DNA from: an uncultured Azospirillum sp.
GTDB taxonomy: Bacteria; Pseudomonadota; Alphaproteobacteria; Rickettsiales; UBA3002
Direction: 5' to 3'
NCBI GenBank assembly: GCA_964530085.1
Contig: CAZGXX010000001.1
Location: 239,704-303,703 of the forward strand
Length of the DNA: 64,000 nucleotides
Shown piece after piece: positions 48,386 to 59,998 of the stretch; position 1 is the stretch's first letter, and every line of letters starts with the position of its first letter. The notes under the pieces were generated by a model that did not search any database, was not told the origin of the DNA, and saw nothing but the letters and a program-made list of their open reading frames with translations. A program made the position numbers and the translations under genes.

Positions 48386-49485
48386 AATATGGCCAGATCG
48401 TCGCGGTGAATGAGGGTGTCGCGGTGAGCGTAGCCTAAAATCGCCTCGATGGCATCCGTCTTTTTACCCATGATGGCAGCGACCTCCGCTGCGTCATAGC
48501 CCGCGATGCCCTTGGCCAGTGTGCCACTCGTCGCTTTTTTTATGCCGATGATGTCGCCGCGTTCGAACGCGCCTTCGACGGCGGTGACGCCGGCCGGAAG
48601 CAGGCTTTTGCCCTGCGTGAGCGCGTGCGCCGCGCCATCATCCACCACCACATGGCCGGGCAGATGGACGGCGGCAGCGATCCACTGTTTGCGTGCGAGT
48701 TGCGGCTTGATGCTGGTGGTGAACCAGGTCGCGCGCGCGCCTGTTGCGAGGGCGGCGAGCGGGTGGTTCTCGGTGCCGCGCGCGATGACCATCGCGCAGC
48801 CCGCGCGGGTCGCCATCGCGGCAGCGTCGAGCTTGGTTTTCATGCCGCCATTGCTGAGTGTGGTGGCGGCGCCACCGGCCATGGCAAGGATTTCCGGCGT
48901 GAGCGTGGCAACTTCAGGGATATGTTTCGCATCGGCATGCAAGGCCGGGTTTTTGTCATACAGCCCATCGACATCCGACAGCAGCACCAGCGCATCCGCC
49001 GCGAGCATGACGGCAACGCGCGCTGCGAGGCGGTCATTGTCGCCGAATTTCAGCTCGGCAGTGGCGACCGTGTCGTTCTCGTTGACGATGGGGACAAGCC
49101 CGCGCGCGAGCAGCGTGCCGAAGGTGGCGCGCGCGTTGAGGTAGCGGCGGCGCTCCTCCGAATCATCGAGCGTGAGGAGGAGTTGGGCAACGTGAATATC
49201 AAACGCCTCGAACGCCGTTTGCCATGCGTGCATCAGCAGCGGTTGCCCGGCAGCGGCGGCGGCTTGTTTTTCCTCCAAGCTGAGCGCCTCTGACCCGAGG
49301 CCGAGCAGGGGCCGACCGAGCGCCACCGCGCCGGAGGAGACGAGGATGATTTCTTTCCCCTGCTCGCGGAGTGCCGCAATATCCGCGGCGAGCGAGGTCA
49401 GCCATTCGCGCCGCAACGTGCCGGAGGCCACCAGCAGGCTGGAGCCGATTTTGACGACGATGCGTTTGGCGGTGGTGAGGGACAT
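48382..49485 (-). CDS. proB: Glutamate 5-kinase (with PUA domain)
   Basis: RIVVKIGSSLL, VSSGAVALG and NENDTVA motifs. Start at ATG 49485. Confidence 0.93.
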   Translation of the reverse strand: MSLTTAKRIVVKIGSSLLVASGTLRREWLTSLAADIAALREQGKEIILVSSGAVALGRPLLGLGSEALSLEEKQAAAAAGQPLLMHAWQTAFEAFDIHVAQLLLTLDDSEERRRYLNARATFGTLLARGLVPIVNENDTVATAELKFGDNDRLAARVAVMLAADALVLLSDVDGLYDKNPALHADAKHIPEVATLTPEILAMAGGAATTLSNGGMKTKLDAAAMATRAGCAMVIARGTENHPLAALATGARATWFTTSIKPQLARKQWIAAAVHLPGHVVVDDGAAHALTQGKSLLPAGVTAVEGAFERGDIIGIKKATSGTLAKGIAGYDAAEVAAIMGKKTDAIEAILGYAHRDTLIHRDDLAIL

Positions 49486-49500
49486 AGGGTTGTTATAGCA

Positions 49501-49535
49501 GTGAATGGTGAATAGTGAATGGTGAATCGTGGGAA
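49501..49535 (-). repeat. Heptanucleotide tandem array GTGAATG GTGAATA GTGAATG GTGAATC GTGGGAA
   Basis: Read directly. Starts 15 nt upstream of the proB ATG (49485). Confidence 0.85.
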
Positions 49536-49604
49536 ATTGAACCTTGCCTATTTGACGCCATCCCGCGTGCGGGTGTATAGGTTTCCCTACACAACGAGGC
49601 ACCC

Positions 49605-49979
49605 ATGAAAAAATTCCTGCTCATCGGCATCCCGGCGCTTATCATCATCGCGCTGATGTTCACCAACGCGCCCTATCAGTGGCTGACGCAGCGCAGCATC
49701 GACAACGTGCTGGTGAAGGACAAGCAGATCACCACCGAATCGGCAAAGAAGGGTGATAAGGTGCAAAGCACCTACCTCATTTTCACCGACCACGGCGTGT
49801 TCCGTAACGACGATGCGGGCTGGTTCGTGAAATATAACAGCTCGGACGTGTACGGGAATCTCGATATCGGCAAGCGCTACCGCTTCAAGGTTTATGGCTG
49901 GCGCATTCCCATCTTCAGCATGTACCCCAACCTCGTGCGGGCGGAAGAGGTGAAGGCGGGCGAGGGTGAGAAGAAGTAG
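49605..49979 (+). CDS. Small membrane-anchored hypothetical protein
   Basis: N-terminal TM helix (FLLIGIPALIIIALMF). GAGG lies 6 nt upstream of the ATG. Sits between proB and obg on the opposite strand. Confidence 0.55.
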   Translation: MKKFLLIGIPALIIIALMFTNAPYQWLTQRSIDNVLVKDKQITTESAKKGDKVQSTYLIFTDHGVFRNDDAGWFVKYNSSDVYGNLDIGKRYRFKVYGWRIPIFSMYPNLVRAEEVKAGEGEKK

Positions 49980-51467
<1,488 letters not shown>

Positions 51468-51474
51468 CAAAAAA

Positions 51475-51500
51475 GGGAGCGAAAACGCTCCCTTTTCTTT
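51475..51500. terminator. Bidirectional rho-independent terminator between ORF 51156..51467 and rpmA
   Basis: GGGAGCG-AAAA-CGCTCCC, flanked by TTTTCTTT on the plus strand and TTTTTTGTT on the minus strand. Confidence 0.75.
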
Positions 51501-51530
51501 GTGTCATGCCGCCGAGGCGGGATGACGAAA

Positions 51531-51842
51531 CTATGCAGCGGCCTTTTTCTTTGGCGCTTTCGGGGCTTTTGCAGCTTCCACCGCAGCGGCAGCGGCGATA
51601 ACCGACACCACGTTTTTGTTGCCCGCTTTTTTGCTGTATTTCACTGCGCCATCCACCGTTGCGAAGATGGTGTAGTCTTTACCGAGGCCGACGCCAACGC
51701 CTGGATGGTACGTGGTGCCGCGCTGGCGGATGATGATGTTACCGGCGAGCACTTCTTCGCCACCGAATTTTTTTACGCCAAGGCGCTGGCCTTGCGAATC
51801 GCGACCGTTGCGGGATGAACCACCGGCTTTCTTATGTGCCAT
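51531..51842 (-). CDS. rpmA: 50S ribosomal protein L27 (with Ala/Lys-rich C-terminal tail)
   Basis: [33 protein letters not shown]. Confidence 0.95.
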   Translation of the reverse strand: MAHKKAGGSSRNGRDSQGQRLGVKKFGGEEVLAGNIIIRQRGTTYHPGVGVGLGKDYTIFATVDGAVKYSKKAGNKNVVSVIAAAAAVEAAKAPKAPKKKAAA

Positions 51843-51861
51843 TTTAGACTCCTTCAGTAGT

Positions 51862-51889
51862 AGCCAGTGGCCAGTAGCCAGTGGCCAGT
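51862..51889 (-). repeat. Heptanucleotide tandem array (AGCCAGT GGCCAGT)x2
   Basis: Perfect 14-mer x2 (a partial unit CAGTAGT precedes it at 51855). Fills the rplU-rpmA spacer upstream of the rpmA SD. Confidence 0.9.
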
Positions 51890-51892
51890 GAT

Positions 51893-52384
51893 TTATTTCG
51901 CTGCTTTTTTAGCGGCGGGTTTCTTGGCTGCTGCAGGCTTTTTTGCGGCAGGGGCTTTTTTCGCAGGGGCTGCTGCTTTCGCGGCGGCAGCCTTTACAGC
52001 GCTGGCTTTTTTCGGAGCCGGAGCGGTGCGCGGTGCTTTCAGCTTGCGCGGCTCGGCCTTCACAGCCACGGTGCCGCCCAGCGAGATTGCGGTGATGTGC
52101 AGCGCGGTGAAACGCTGACGGTGACCGTTCTTACGCTTATAGTTGTGACGGCGCTTCTTTTTGAAGATAAGCACCTTGTCGGCCTTACCTTGCTCGATGA
52201 TTTGCGCTTCTACCACCGCGCCAGCCACGAAGGGCGCGCCGATGACGGTTTTATCGCCCGAGAGGCCAAGCACCTGGTCGAGCTTCACGGTATCGCCCGC
52301 GTTGCCTTCCAGCTTTTCAACTTCGATGATGCTGCCCGCGGTAACACGGTATTGTTTGCCGCCAGTGAGTACGATTGCGTACAT
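51893..52384 (-). CDS. rplU: 50S ribosomal protein L21 (with about 55-aa Ala/Lys/Pro-rich C-terminal extension)
   Basis: [14 protein letters not shown] start at ATG 52384 (AAGGA SD). The listed start at 52435 is upstream of the conserved N-terminus. Confidence 0.93.
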   Translation of the reverse strand: MYAIVLTGGKQYRVTAGSIIEVEKLEGNAGDTVKLDQVLGLSGDKTVIGAPFVAGAVVEAQIIEQGKADKVLIFKKKRRHNYKRKNGHRQRFTALHITAISLGGTVAVKAEPRKLKAPRTAPAPKKASAVKAAAAKAAAPAKKAPAAKKPAAAKKPAAKKAAK

Positions 52385-52453
52385 ATTCTTATCCTTTTTT
52401 GCCGTAGACGTAAGGTAGTGATTCAGTAAGTGCATTACTTTTAAGGAGGCGGG

Positions 52454-52481
52454 AATATACTCGCGTCCGCCACCATGTCAA
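52454..52481 (-). promoter_or_regulatory. Sigma-70-type promoter of rplU-rpmA (TTGACA-16 nt-TATATT)
   Basis: Minus-strand TTGACA (52481-52476) and TATATT (52459-52454), about 65-nt leader. Confidence 0.55.
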
Positions 52482-52544
52482 CCGTAAACATTCACCGCGC
52501 AAACTGGGGGCTAACCAGCGGTTTTCCTTGCTAAATGCGATGAT

Positions 52545-53960
52545 TTGGGCTGTCATGGGGGGATGCGCAAACACTATGTCCCGTTCAATACCCTGCTGAA
52601 ATCCGTGCTCGTGGTCTCGAGCCCGGCGCTGGTGGTGCTGGGGCTTTATGTGTTTTTCGAGGTGCTGAGCCTCTCGCAGATGATGTATGGGTTCGGCATT
52701 ATCTTCGCGGCGACGGCAGCGCTGATCTACCCGTTTCTCTCGAACGTGTCGGCGCTGACGCATTACGTGAACGAGATCGCGCAGGATAAACGCGTCGCGC
52801 CGCCGGATCTTAGCTTCATCGGCTCGGTGACGGAGCTGAGTGATGCGCTCAACCGCCTGCAAGCCGGGTGGGACGTAAAGAAAAAACAGATGGAAACCAT
52901 CATCACCGAGCGTGAAATTCTCGTGGATACGCTGCCGGATATTCTCATCATGGTGAATGACGAGAAGAAAGTGGTGCGCACCAACCGCGCGGCGCGGGCG
53001 ATCTTCGGCCAGAACCTCGCAGGCAAAACGCTCAGCGATGTGATTCCGAACAGCTACCTCATCGATGCGATTTCGTCGGTGATTCAGGATTTGAAGGGGC
53101 GGGAGATTGAGTTTCGCATCGAGGACCCGCTGGTGCGCGATTTCCTCGCGATCATCGAGCGCTTTCCGGTGCCGACGGCGGGCGGCATCAGCACCGTCAT
53201 CACCATGAACGATATTACGGAGCTGAAATCGGTCGAGCAAATGCGCGCGGACTTCGTGGCCAATGCAAGCCACGAGCTGCGCACGCCGCTCGCTTCCATC
53301 AAGGGCTTTGTCGAAACGCTGCTCGGCCCCGCGAAGGACGACGAGGTGGCGCGCGAAGAGTTTTTGAAAATCATGCTCGAACAATCCGACCGCATGCAGC
53401 AGCTCATCGGCGATCTGCTCTCGCTCAGCAAAATTGAGATGAACGTGCATTCCGTGCCGGTGGAGCCGGCGGACCTCGCCGCTGTCATCCGCAAGCAGGC
53501 CGAAAGCCTGAAACGCATGGCAGACGACAAAAATATCCGCCTGGTGACCAGCCTGCACGATAACCTGCCGCAGGTGAAGGGCGAGCCGAACGAGCTGGCG
53601 CAAGTGGTGCATAACCTCATCAGCAACGCGATTAAATATGGCTTTGCGGATTCGGATGTCACCATCACCGCGCGGGTGACGACGGAGCTGCCGCAGGACC
53701 TCAACATGCGCAACCTCACGCGCGTGGTGGCACTCAGTGTGCGCGACCGCGGGGAGGGCATCCCCAAGCAGCATCTGCCACGGCTGATGGAGCGCTTCTA
53801 TCGTGTGGATTCCGCCCGCACACGGCAGGTCGGCGGCACGGGGCTTGGCCTCGCCATCGTCAAAGGCATCATCCAGCGCCATCGCGGCGCGATCACCATT
53901 GATTCGGTGGTGGGCGAGGGCACGAACTTCACGGTGTTCTTGCCGATTTGGGAGAGTTAG
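52545..53960 (+). CDS. phoR: Phosphate regulon sensor histidine kinase PhoR
   Basis: Two N-terminal TM helices, PAS segment, H-box ASHELRTPL, HATPase (GTGLGLAIV). Next to pstCAB. Confidence 0.85.
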   Translation: MGCHGGMRKHYVPFNTLLKSVLVVSSPALVVLGLYVFFEVLSLSQMMYGFGIIFAATAALIYPFLSNVSALTHYVNEIAQDKRVAPPDLSFIGSVTELSDALNRLQAGWDVKKKQMETIITEREILVDTLPDILIMVNDEKKVVRTNRAARAIFGQNLAGKTLSDVIPNSYLIDAISSVIQDLKGREIEFRIEDPLVRDFLAIIERFPVPTAGGISTVITMNDITELKSVEQMRADFVANASHELRTPLASIKGFVETLLGPAKDDEVAREEFLKIMLEQSDRMQQLIGDLLSLSKIEMNVHSVPVEPADLAAVIRKQAESLKRMADDKNIRLVTSLHDNLPQVKGEPNELAQVVHNLISNAIKYGFADSDVTITARVTTELPQDLNMRNLTRVVALSVRDRGEGIPKQHLPRLMERFYRVDSARTRQVGGTGLGLAIVKGIIQRHRGAITIDSVVGEGTNFTVFLPIWES

Positions 53961-53963
53961 TGG

Positions 53964-54614
53964 ATGGAAGAAGAAGATGTAGAATCAGCGCTTTGGAAAG
54001 CGGCCCAATTTTTGGGTGCAATTTTACTATCGCCGGTGCTCTTGATGGGCGCTCTAGAGCGAGTCCATATCCTACATCCATTTGACCATTTTTCCCAAGT
54101 GGCGGTAGTGACGGCGCCTATATGGGTGCTGTTAGGGCATTGGGTGGCGATCATTCAAAAACCTGAAGAAGGAGTAGTGTCACGGATCCCTTTTTCATGG
54201 CTTTACGCCTTTGCGTTAATAAATTCTTTCTTCCTTTGTATGGCGTTTGTTTTCTTTATCAATGGTAAGTATGATACCTCTCCAGCACAAACCTATACGC
54301 TGCCGATTGTGGGTAAGATATATCAGGTGGGACATATGGGCGGACGTTTTGGTGTAAGACGTTGTACAGAGTATCGTTATTTCAGAGCGATTGTGAAACC
54401 CAGTATGCTCAGTTCCAGACCAGCAGAATTTGATGAAGATATGGAGCTTATCATCGAGTCGGATGAGAAAGATTATAACTGCAATAAGAAGGATTCGTTT
54501 GTAGGCGAGCAATTTATCCCCGCAGAAAACAACGCGGAGATTGTGATTCGCGAGGGCTTTTTCGGCATCCCTTGGCGGGAGTCTTATCGCTTCGTAAAAA
54601 AAGCCGCTCCCTAG
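53964..54614 (+). CDS. Hypothetical membrane protein (216 aa)
   Basis: 3-4 TM helices, then a soluble C-terminal part. Lower G+C. GGGAGAG upstream. Occupies the position where pstS is usually found. Confidence 0.5.
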   Translation: MEEEDVESALWKAAQFLGAILLSPVLLMGALERVHILHPFDHFSQVAVVTAPIWVLLGHWVAIIQKPEEGVVSRIPFSWLYAFALINSFFLCMAFVFFINGKYDTSPAQTYTLPIVGKIYQVGHMGGRFGVRRCTEYRYFRAIVKPSMLSSRPAEFDEDMELIIESDEKDYNCNKKDSFVGEQFIPAENNAEIVIREGFFGIPWRESYRFVKKAAP

Positions 54615-54690
54615 TCGCATTCCCCCTATGTGCCGTGCGCAACGATAAGCCGGTTTACTTCCCCCGCCGCGCCCGCTAAAACCGCGTGGC

Positions 54691-55638
54691 ATGATGGTTG
54701 TGACCCAATGGCTGAAGCATGGCGCGCGCCGCCCCGGTGAAACGGTGGTGATGGCGCTAATGTGGCTGGCCGCCGCCGTGGCGGTGGTGATTACGGGGGC
54801 GATTATCTACTCGGTGGTGAGCGAATCGCTGCGGTTTTTTGCCCATGTGCCGTTTTTTGATTTCCTGTTCGGCGTGAACTGGAGCCCGCAAACCGCGATG
54901 CGCGCGGATCAGGCGGGGGCTTCGGGCAGCTTCGGCGCGATCCCGCTGCTTGCGGGCACGCTGATGATTACCGTCATCGCGCTGCTGGTTGCTGTGCCGG
55001 TGGGGCTGATGAGCGCGGTCTATCTCGCGGAGTATGCCAGCCCGAATTTTCGTAAGCTGGCGAAGCCCGTGCTGGAGCTGCTCGCGGGCATCCCCACCGT
55101 GGTCTATGGCTATTTCGCGGTGATTACGGTTGCGCCGTTCATGAACGCACTCGGTGCGTTTTTAGGTATCTCGATTGCATCAGAGAGCGCGCTGACGGCG
55201 GGCATCGTGATGGGGATTATGATTATCCCGTTCGTGTCGTCGCTCAGCGACGATATGATTACCGCCGTGCCGCGGGGGCTGCGGGATGCGTCCTACGGCC
55301 TCGGCGCGACGAAATCGGAAACGATTCAGCGCGTGGTGCTGCGCTCGGCACTGCCGGGCATTATGGGCGCGGTGCTGCTCGCCATCAGCCGCGCGGTGGG
55401 CGAAACGATGATTGTGGTGATGGCGGCGGGTTTGAGTGCGAACCTGACCGCCAACCCGCTGGAGGCGGTGACGACCGTGACGGTGCAGATGGTGACGCTG
55501 CTGACGGGTGATCAGGAATTCAACAGCCCGAAAACGCTGGCTGCCTTTGCGCTTGGCCTCACCTTGTTTTGTTTCACGCTGCTGCTGAATATTCTCGCGC
55601 AGGTGATCGTGAAGAAATATCGGGAGCAGTATGAGTAA
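54691..55638 (+). CDS. pstC: Phosphate ABC transporter permease PstC
   Basis: Six-TM MetI-type permease with an EAA-loop region (AVPRGLRDASYGLGATKSET). Confidence 0.9.
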   Translation: MMVVTQWLKHGARRPGETVVMALMWLAAAVAVVITGAIIYSVVSESLRFFAHVPFFDFLFGVNWSPQTAMRADQAGASGSFGAIPLLAGTLMITVIALLVAVPVGLMSAVYLAEYASPNFRKLAKPVLELLAGIPTVVYGYFAVITVAPFMNALGAFLGISIASESALTAGIVMGIMIIPFVSSLSDDMITAVPRGLRDASYGLGATKSETIQRVVLRSALPGIMGAVLLAISRAVGETMIVVMAAGLSANLTANPLEAVTTVTVQMVTLLTGDQEFNSPKTLAAFALGLTLFCFTLLLNILAQVIVKKYREQYE

Positions 55639-56887
55639 GGCGGCACAGCATCTGGCCAAACGGCATCGGGCAGAGCGGCGCTTCAAGGCGCTGGGGCTGG
55701 CGGCGCTGGGCTTTGCGGGGGTGATGCTGCTGGTGCTGATGCTGTCGATCATCCGCCCCGGGATTAGCGGGTTTACGCAGCATAGCGTGCGGGTGACGGT
55801 CGATACGGCGAGCATTGCCGCGCAGCTCGCGCGTGACCCGGCATCCGTCGATTATTACGCGCTGACGAATGCGGCGCTGCTCAAAAGCGTCGGCGCGGAG
55901 AATGCGGATGCAGCGGCGCGGCACCAGCTGCTCGCGCTCGGCGGTACGTTTGCGGCGTTTGCGGTGAAAGAAGAAATTCTCGCCCACCCCGCGCAATGGG
56001 GCAAGCGGATGGAAGTGACTCTGCCACTCGCCAGCAATGCGGATTTGTTGCTGAAGGGCAGCATCGACCGCGATGCGCCGATGGCCGAGCGGCCGATCTC
56101 TGACCAGCAGATCGCCTGGCTCGACCGCTGGGAGAGCGAAGGGCGGATTACCTCGCGCTTTAACACAGAATTCTTCACCCGTGGCGATTCCCGCGCGCCG
56201 GAGGCGGCTGGGTTCGGCGGCAGTATTGTTGGCTCGCTGCTGACGCTCCTCGTGTGCATGCTGCTCGCGCTGCCGGTGGCGATTGCCGCGGCGATTACGC
56301 TTGAGGAATTCGCGCGCAAAACGCGATTCGCCGAGTGGCTCGAAATTCTCATTAACAACCTCGCGGCGGTGCCGTCGATTATCTATGGGTTACTCGGACT
56401 TTCTGTATTCCTGCAGGTACTGCACACGCCGCGCGGGTCGGCGCTTGCGGGGGGCCTCACCCTCGCGATGCTGATCCTGCCGGTGATGATTATCGCGGCG
56501 CGGGCGGCGATTCGTGCGGTGCCACCGAGCATGCGTCAGGCCGCGACAGCGCTCGGTGCGACGAAACTGCAAGTGGTGCGCGACCATGTGCTGCCCTATG
56601 CCCTGCCGGGGATTATGACGGGGACGATTCTCTCCATCGCCCGCGCGCTGGGCGAAACCGCGCCGCTGCTGATGATCGGCATGGTGGCGTTCGTGGCGGA
56701 TGTGCCGCGCGGATTCACCGACCCGGCAACCGCGATGCCTGTCGAGGTTTACTTGTGGGCGAGCAGCCCGGAGGCCGGGTTTATCGAGAAGACTTCGGCC
56801 GGAATTATGGTGCTGCTGGTGCTGCTCTTGCTTCTTAACATGGCAGCGATTATGGTGCGCGCGCGTTCACAGAAATTGTGGAGTTAA
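55631..56887 (+). CDS. pstA: Phosphate ABC transporter permease PstA (long form)
   Basis: N-terminal TM, large periplasmic insert, then the PstA core ([19 protein letters not shown]). Confidence 0.9.
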   Translation: MSKAAQHLAKRHRAERRFKALGLAALGFAGVMLLVLMLSIIRPGISGFTQHSVRVTVDTASIAAQLARDPASVDYYALTNAALLKSVGAENADAAARHQLLALGGTFAAFAVKEEILAHPAQWGKRMEVTLPLASNADLLLKGSIDRDAPMAERPISDQQIAWLDRWESEGRITSRFNTEFFTRGDSRAPEAAGFGGSIVGSLLTLLVCMLLALPVAIAAAITLEEFARKTRFAEWLEILINNLAAVPSIIYGLLGLSVFLQVLHTPRGSALAGGLTLAMLILPVMIIAARAAIRAVPPSMRQAATALGATKLQVVRDHVLPYALPGIMTGTILSIARALGETAPLLMIGMVAFVADVPRGFTDPATAMPVEVYLWASSPEAGFIEKTSAGIMVLLVLLLLLNMAAIMVRARSQKLWS

Positions 56888-56888
56888 G

Positions 56889-57662
56889 GTGACGGACACT
56901 CAACCAATGGGCACTATCGACGCACGCAATGTCAGCGTGTTCTACGGCGAGAAGCAGGCGCTTTATGACGTGTCGCTCGCCATTGCGCCGCGCAGCGTGA
57001 CGGCGTTTATCGGCCCCTCCGGCTGCGGGAAATCGACGTTCCTGCGCTGCCTCAACCGCATGAACGACCTCATCCCCGGCTGCCGGGTGACGGGCGAGAT
57101 TCTGCTCGACGGTGAAGACATCAACGCCCCCGCGCTCGACGTGGTGGCGCTGCGGGCGCGCGTGGGCATGGTGTTCCAGAAACCGAACCCGTTCCCGAAA
57201 TCGATTTACGAAAATGTCGCCTATGGCGCGCGCATCAACGGCCTCGCGAGCAGCAAGGCGGCGATGGACGAGATTGTGGAAAATGCCCTGCGCGGCGCAG
57301 CCCTCTGGGACGAGGTGAAAGACCGCCTGAACCAGCCGGGCACCGGCCTTTCCGGCGGGCAGCAGCAGCGGCTTTGCATCGCGCGCACGATGGCGGTCAG
57401 CCCGGAAGTGATTCTGATGGATGAGCCATGCTCCGCGCTCGACCCCATTGCGACGGGGCGGGTGGAGGAGCTGATCGAGCAACTGCGCGCGCGCTATACG
57501 ATTGTGATTGTCACGCACTCCATGGCGCAGGCGCGCCGCGTGGCGCAAACCACCGCGTTTTTCCATATGGGCAACGTGGTGGAAACGGGCACCACCGACC
57601 AGATGTTCGAAGCCCCGCAGCAAACGCAGACGCGGGATTATATTAGTGGAAGATATGGGTGA
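56889..57662 (+). CDS. pstB: Phosphate ABC transporter ATP-binding protein PstB
   Basis: Walker [10 protein letters not shown], signature LSGGQQQR, Walker B ILMDEP. GTG at 56889 with GGAG upstream; the listed ORF start at 56700 is inside pstA. Confidence 0.93.
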   Translation: MTDTQPMGTIDARNVSVFYGEKQALYDVSLAIAPRSVTAFIGPSGCGKSTFLRCLNRMNDLIPGCRVTGEILLDGEDINAPALDVVALRARVGMVFQKPNPFPKSIYENVAYGARINGLASSKAAMDEIVENALRGAALWDEVKDRLNQPGTGLSGGQQQRLCIARTMAVSPEVILMDEPCSALDPIATGRVEELIEQLRARYTIVIVTHSMAQARRVAQTTAFFHMGNVVETGTTDQMFEAPQQTQTRDYISGRYG

Positions 57663-57709
57663 GTTTTTGCGGGTGCGGAGATAGTCTAGATTCATGTAAG
57701 GGGAGAATT

Positions 57710-58348
57710 ATGTTAGACCATGAGAAACTGCAAATGGTCTTGGTATTGATTTTGCTGACCGGTAGCGGAATTTTTTGTATTATCGCGAGTGCGCGAGCAT
57801 TATTTACTTCTCGCCCGATTATTCTTTCTCAAAGGATATTACTCTATTTCGTAGTGGCGATATTTTCGCTCATTGCTTTGTCCTTGCTTGCCACAAGTGA
57901 TTTTGTTGGCACCGTATTTTTTCTAATAATCGGCGCTTGCACCCTCCTTATTTCGCCTCCCTATATTGTCGTTGGAGCAAGCCCAGACACACTACGTGAA
58001 GCGCTCATTGCTTCTCTTAGAAAACTATCCATAGCATTTGAAGAGAACAGTGCAGGCATCACCATTCCCGAGAAAGGCAGTAGGCTTGTTGTGGTGGAAA
58101 GCCCTATTTATGGTCTGAAAATGCGCCTAAAGCCGCTCGCCGGTCTATGGTTCAAGCGTTTTCTGATTAACAAGGCGCAAATTACTTTCCTTGAGAACTT
58201 AGTGGAAGAAACGAAGTCTTATTTCGTAGCAATGCCCGTAAAAATGTCTTTACCAAGACGATTGCCGTTTATTTTGATTACGTTCGTTTTTGGCCTCTCG
58301 TGCGTTGCCCCCTTTTTCATGACGTTGGCAAAGCAGCACAGCCTATAA
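57710..58348 (+). CDS. Hypothetical membrane protein (212 aa)
   Basis: ATG at 57710 with AAGGGGAG upstream. 3 N-terminal TM helices and 1 C-terminal TM helix. Low G+C. Sits where phoU/phoB usually follow pstB. Confidence 0.5.
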   Translation: MLDHEKLQMVLVLILLTGSGIFCIIASARALFTSRPIILSQRILLYFVVAIFSLIALSLLATSDFVGTVFFLIIGACTLLISPPYIVVGASPDTLREALIASLRKLSIAFEENSAGITIPEKGSRLVVVESPIYGLKMRLKPLAGLWFKRFLINKAQITFLENLVEETKSYFVAMPVKMSLPRRLPFILITFVFGLSCVAPFFMTLAKQHSL

Positions 58349-58368
58349 CCCTTTACGAAATCTACCAC

Positions 58369-58887
58369 TCACTTATAATCCTGTGCCAGCTCGACATAAT
58401 GGCGGGCGGAGATGGGGATGTAGGCGGCTTCTTCGGGGCTGACGGGGCGCAGGAGCTTGGCCGGGTTGCCTGCCCAGAGCTCGCCGGACTTCACCTGCTT
58501 GCGCGGGGTGATGAGTGCGCCTGCGGCGACAAACGCGCCGGATTCGACCACCGCAAAATCCATCACCTTCGCGCCCATGCCGACGAAGCAATCATCATGG
58601 AGTGTGCAGGCATGCAGCAGCGCCTGATGGCCAATGGTGATGCCCGAGCCGATGGTCGTCGGCCCCACCTCGCGCGTGACATGCACCACGGTGCCGTCTT
58701 GAATGTTGGTGCGCTCGCCAATGCGGATGGGCGCGACATCGCCGCGGATGACGCAGCCGAACCAGACATTGGTGAACGCGCCGATATGCACGTCGCCGAT
58801 CACCACCGCGCCCGGCGCAATCCACGCATCGCGGTGGATGGTGGGCATGATGCCGTTATAGGGGAGGATGAGGGGGGCGTGGGTCAT
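58369..58887 (-). CDS. Gamma-carbonic-anhydrase-like left-handed beta-helix (hexapeptide) protein
   Basis: IAPGAVVIGDVHIGAFTNVWFGCVIRGD ... IGERTNIQDGTVVH pattern of the YrdA/PaaY family. Confidence 0.85.
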   Translation of the reverse strand: MTHAPLILPYNGIMPTIHRDAWIAPGAVVIGDVHIGAFTNVWFGCVIRGDVAPIRIGERTNIQDGTVVHVTREVGPTTIGSGITIGHQALLHACTLHDDCFVGMGAKVMDFAVVESGAFVAAGALITPRKQVKSGELWAGNPAKLLRPVSPEEAAYIPISARHYVELAQDYK

Positions 58888-59924
58888 GGGAATACCGCTG
58901 TGAGTGCGAGGTTGGTGGTTTCCGGCAAGCCGAACATGAGGTTGGCGTTTTGCAGCGCCTGGCCGCTTGCGCCCTTCACCAGATTGTCGATGACGGACAC
59001 GAGAATGAGTTCATTCGGTAGCCGCCCTTTATGTGCGGACATCACGCAGTGATTGGTGCCGCGCACGTGGTGGGTGGTGGGGGCGCCGCTTTCGAGCACG
59101 GTAACGAAGGCTTCGCCTTGATAACGTTTTTGTAGTGCGCTGCGTGCGTCTTCCACCGTTTTACCGGGGGTGAGTGTGGTGTGAATCGTCGCCAGCATGC
59201 CGCGTGTCATGGGGACGAGGTGCGGCGTGAAGGAGAGGGTGACAGGGTGTTTCGCCGCAGTGGCGAGCTGCTGCTCCATCTCGGCCATGTGGCGGTGATG
59301 GCCGATGCCATAGGCGGAGACGCCACCATCCAGCTCGGTAAACAGCAACTCCTGCTTCGCGCTGCGCCCCGCGCCGCTGATGCCGGAGAGGGCGTTAATG
59401 ACGATGCCGGTGGGCGCAATAATTTGTTTTTCAACCAGTGGAATCAGCGGAAGCAGTGTGCACGTGGGGTAGCACCCCGGATTCGCCACAAGGCGTGCCG
59501 CCTTGACCGCATTTCTATCGAGTTCGGTGATGCCGTAGACGGCTTCTTTTTGGAGCGCGGGCGCGCGGTGTGCGTGGCCGTACCACTCTTCATAGGCGGC
59601 GACATCGTGCAGGCGGAAATCGGCGGAGAGGTCGACCACGCGCACATGCTGGGGCAGGCCGGCGATGATCTCTTGCGTGGTGCCATGCGGCAGGCAGCAG
59701 AAGACGAGGGTGACGCGCGTGAAATCCACCTCGGTATGTTTCACGAGCGCCGGAAGATTGCGCCCGCGCAGATGGGGGTAGACCTGTTCGATGGGCTTTC
59801 CTGCTTGCGAGTCACCGGTGAGGGCGACGATCTCGAACACGGGATGGCCGTGGAGCAGGCGCAGCAGCTCCGCGCCGGTATAGCCGGAGGCGCCGAGGAT
59901 GGCGGTCTTGATGGTTTTTGTCAT
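58884..59924 (-). CDS. argC: N-acetyl-gamma-glutamyl-phosphate reductase
   Basis: ILGASGYTGAEL, and the catalytic region NPGCYPT. Confidence 0.93.
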   Translation of the reverse strand: MTKTIKTAILGASGYTGAELLRLLHGHPVFEIVALTGDSQAGKPIEQVYPHLRGRNLPALVKHTEVDFTRVTLVFCCLPHGTTQEIIAGLPQHVRVVDLSADFRLHDVAAYEEWYGHAHRAPALQKEAVYGITELDRNAVKAARLVANPGCYPTCTLLPLIPLVEKQIIAPTGIVINALSGISGAGRSAKQELLFTELDGGVSAYGIGHHRHMAEMEQQLATAAKHPVTLSFTPHLVPMTRGMLATIHTTLTPGKTVEDARSALQKRYQGEAFVTVLESGAPTTHHVRGTNHCVMSAHKGRLPNELILVSVIDNLVKGASGQALQNANLMFGLPETTNLALTAVFP

Positions 59925-59932
59925 ACGCCCTC

Positions 59933-59973
59933 ACAAAGAAAAACCCCGGAATCGCGTTTGCCATTCCGGGGTT
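59933..59973 (-). terminator. Rho-independent terminator after rpsI
   Basis: Minus-strand CCCCGGAAU-GGCAAACGCG-AUUCCGGGG followed by UUUUUCUUUG. Confidence 0.8.
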
Positions 59974-59998
59974 GGTATGCTTTCCGAAAAGGAAACGA

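Noticed and set aside
52389-53882. 497-aa ORF on the minus strand
   Set aside because: Antisense to phoR, which has H-box and ATPase motifs. Arg/His/Asp-rich with no motifs.
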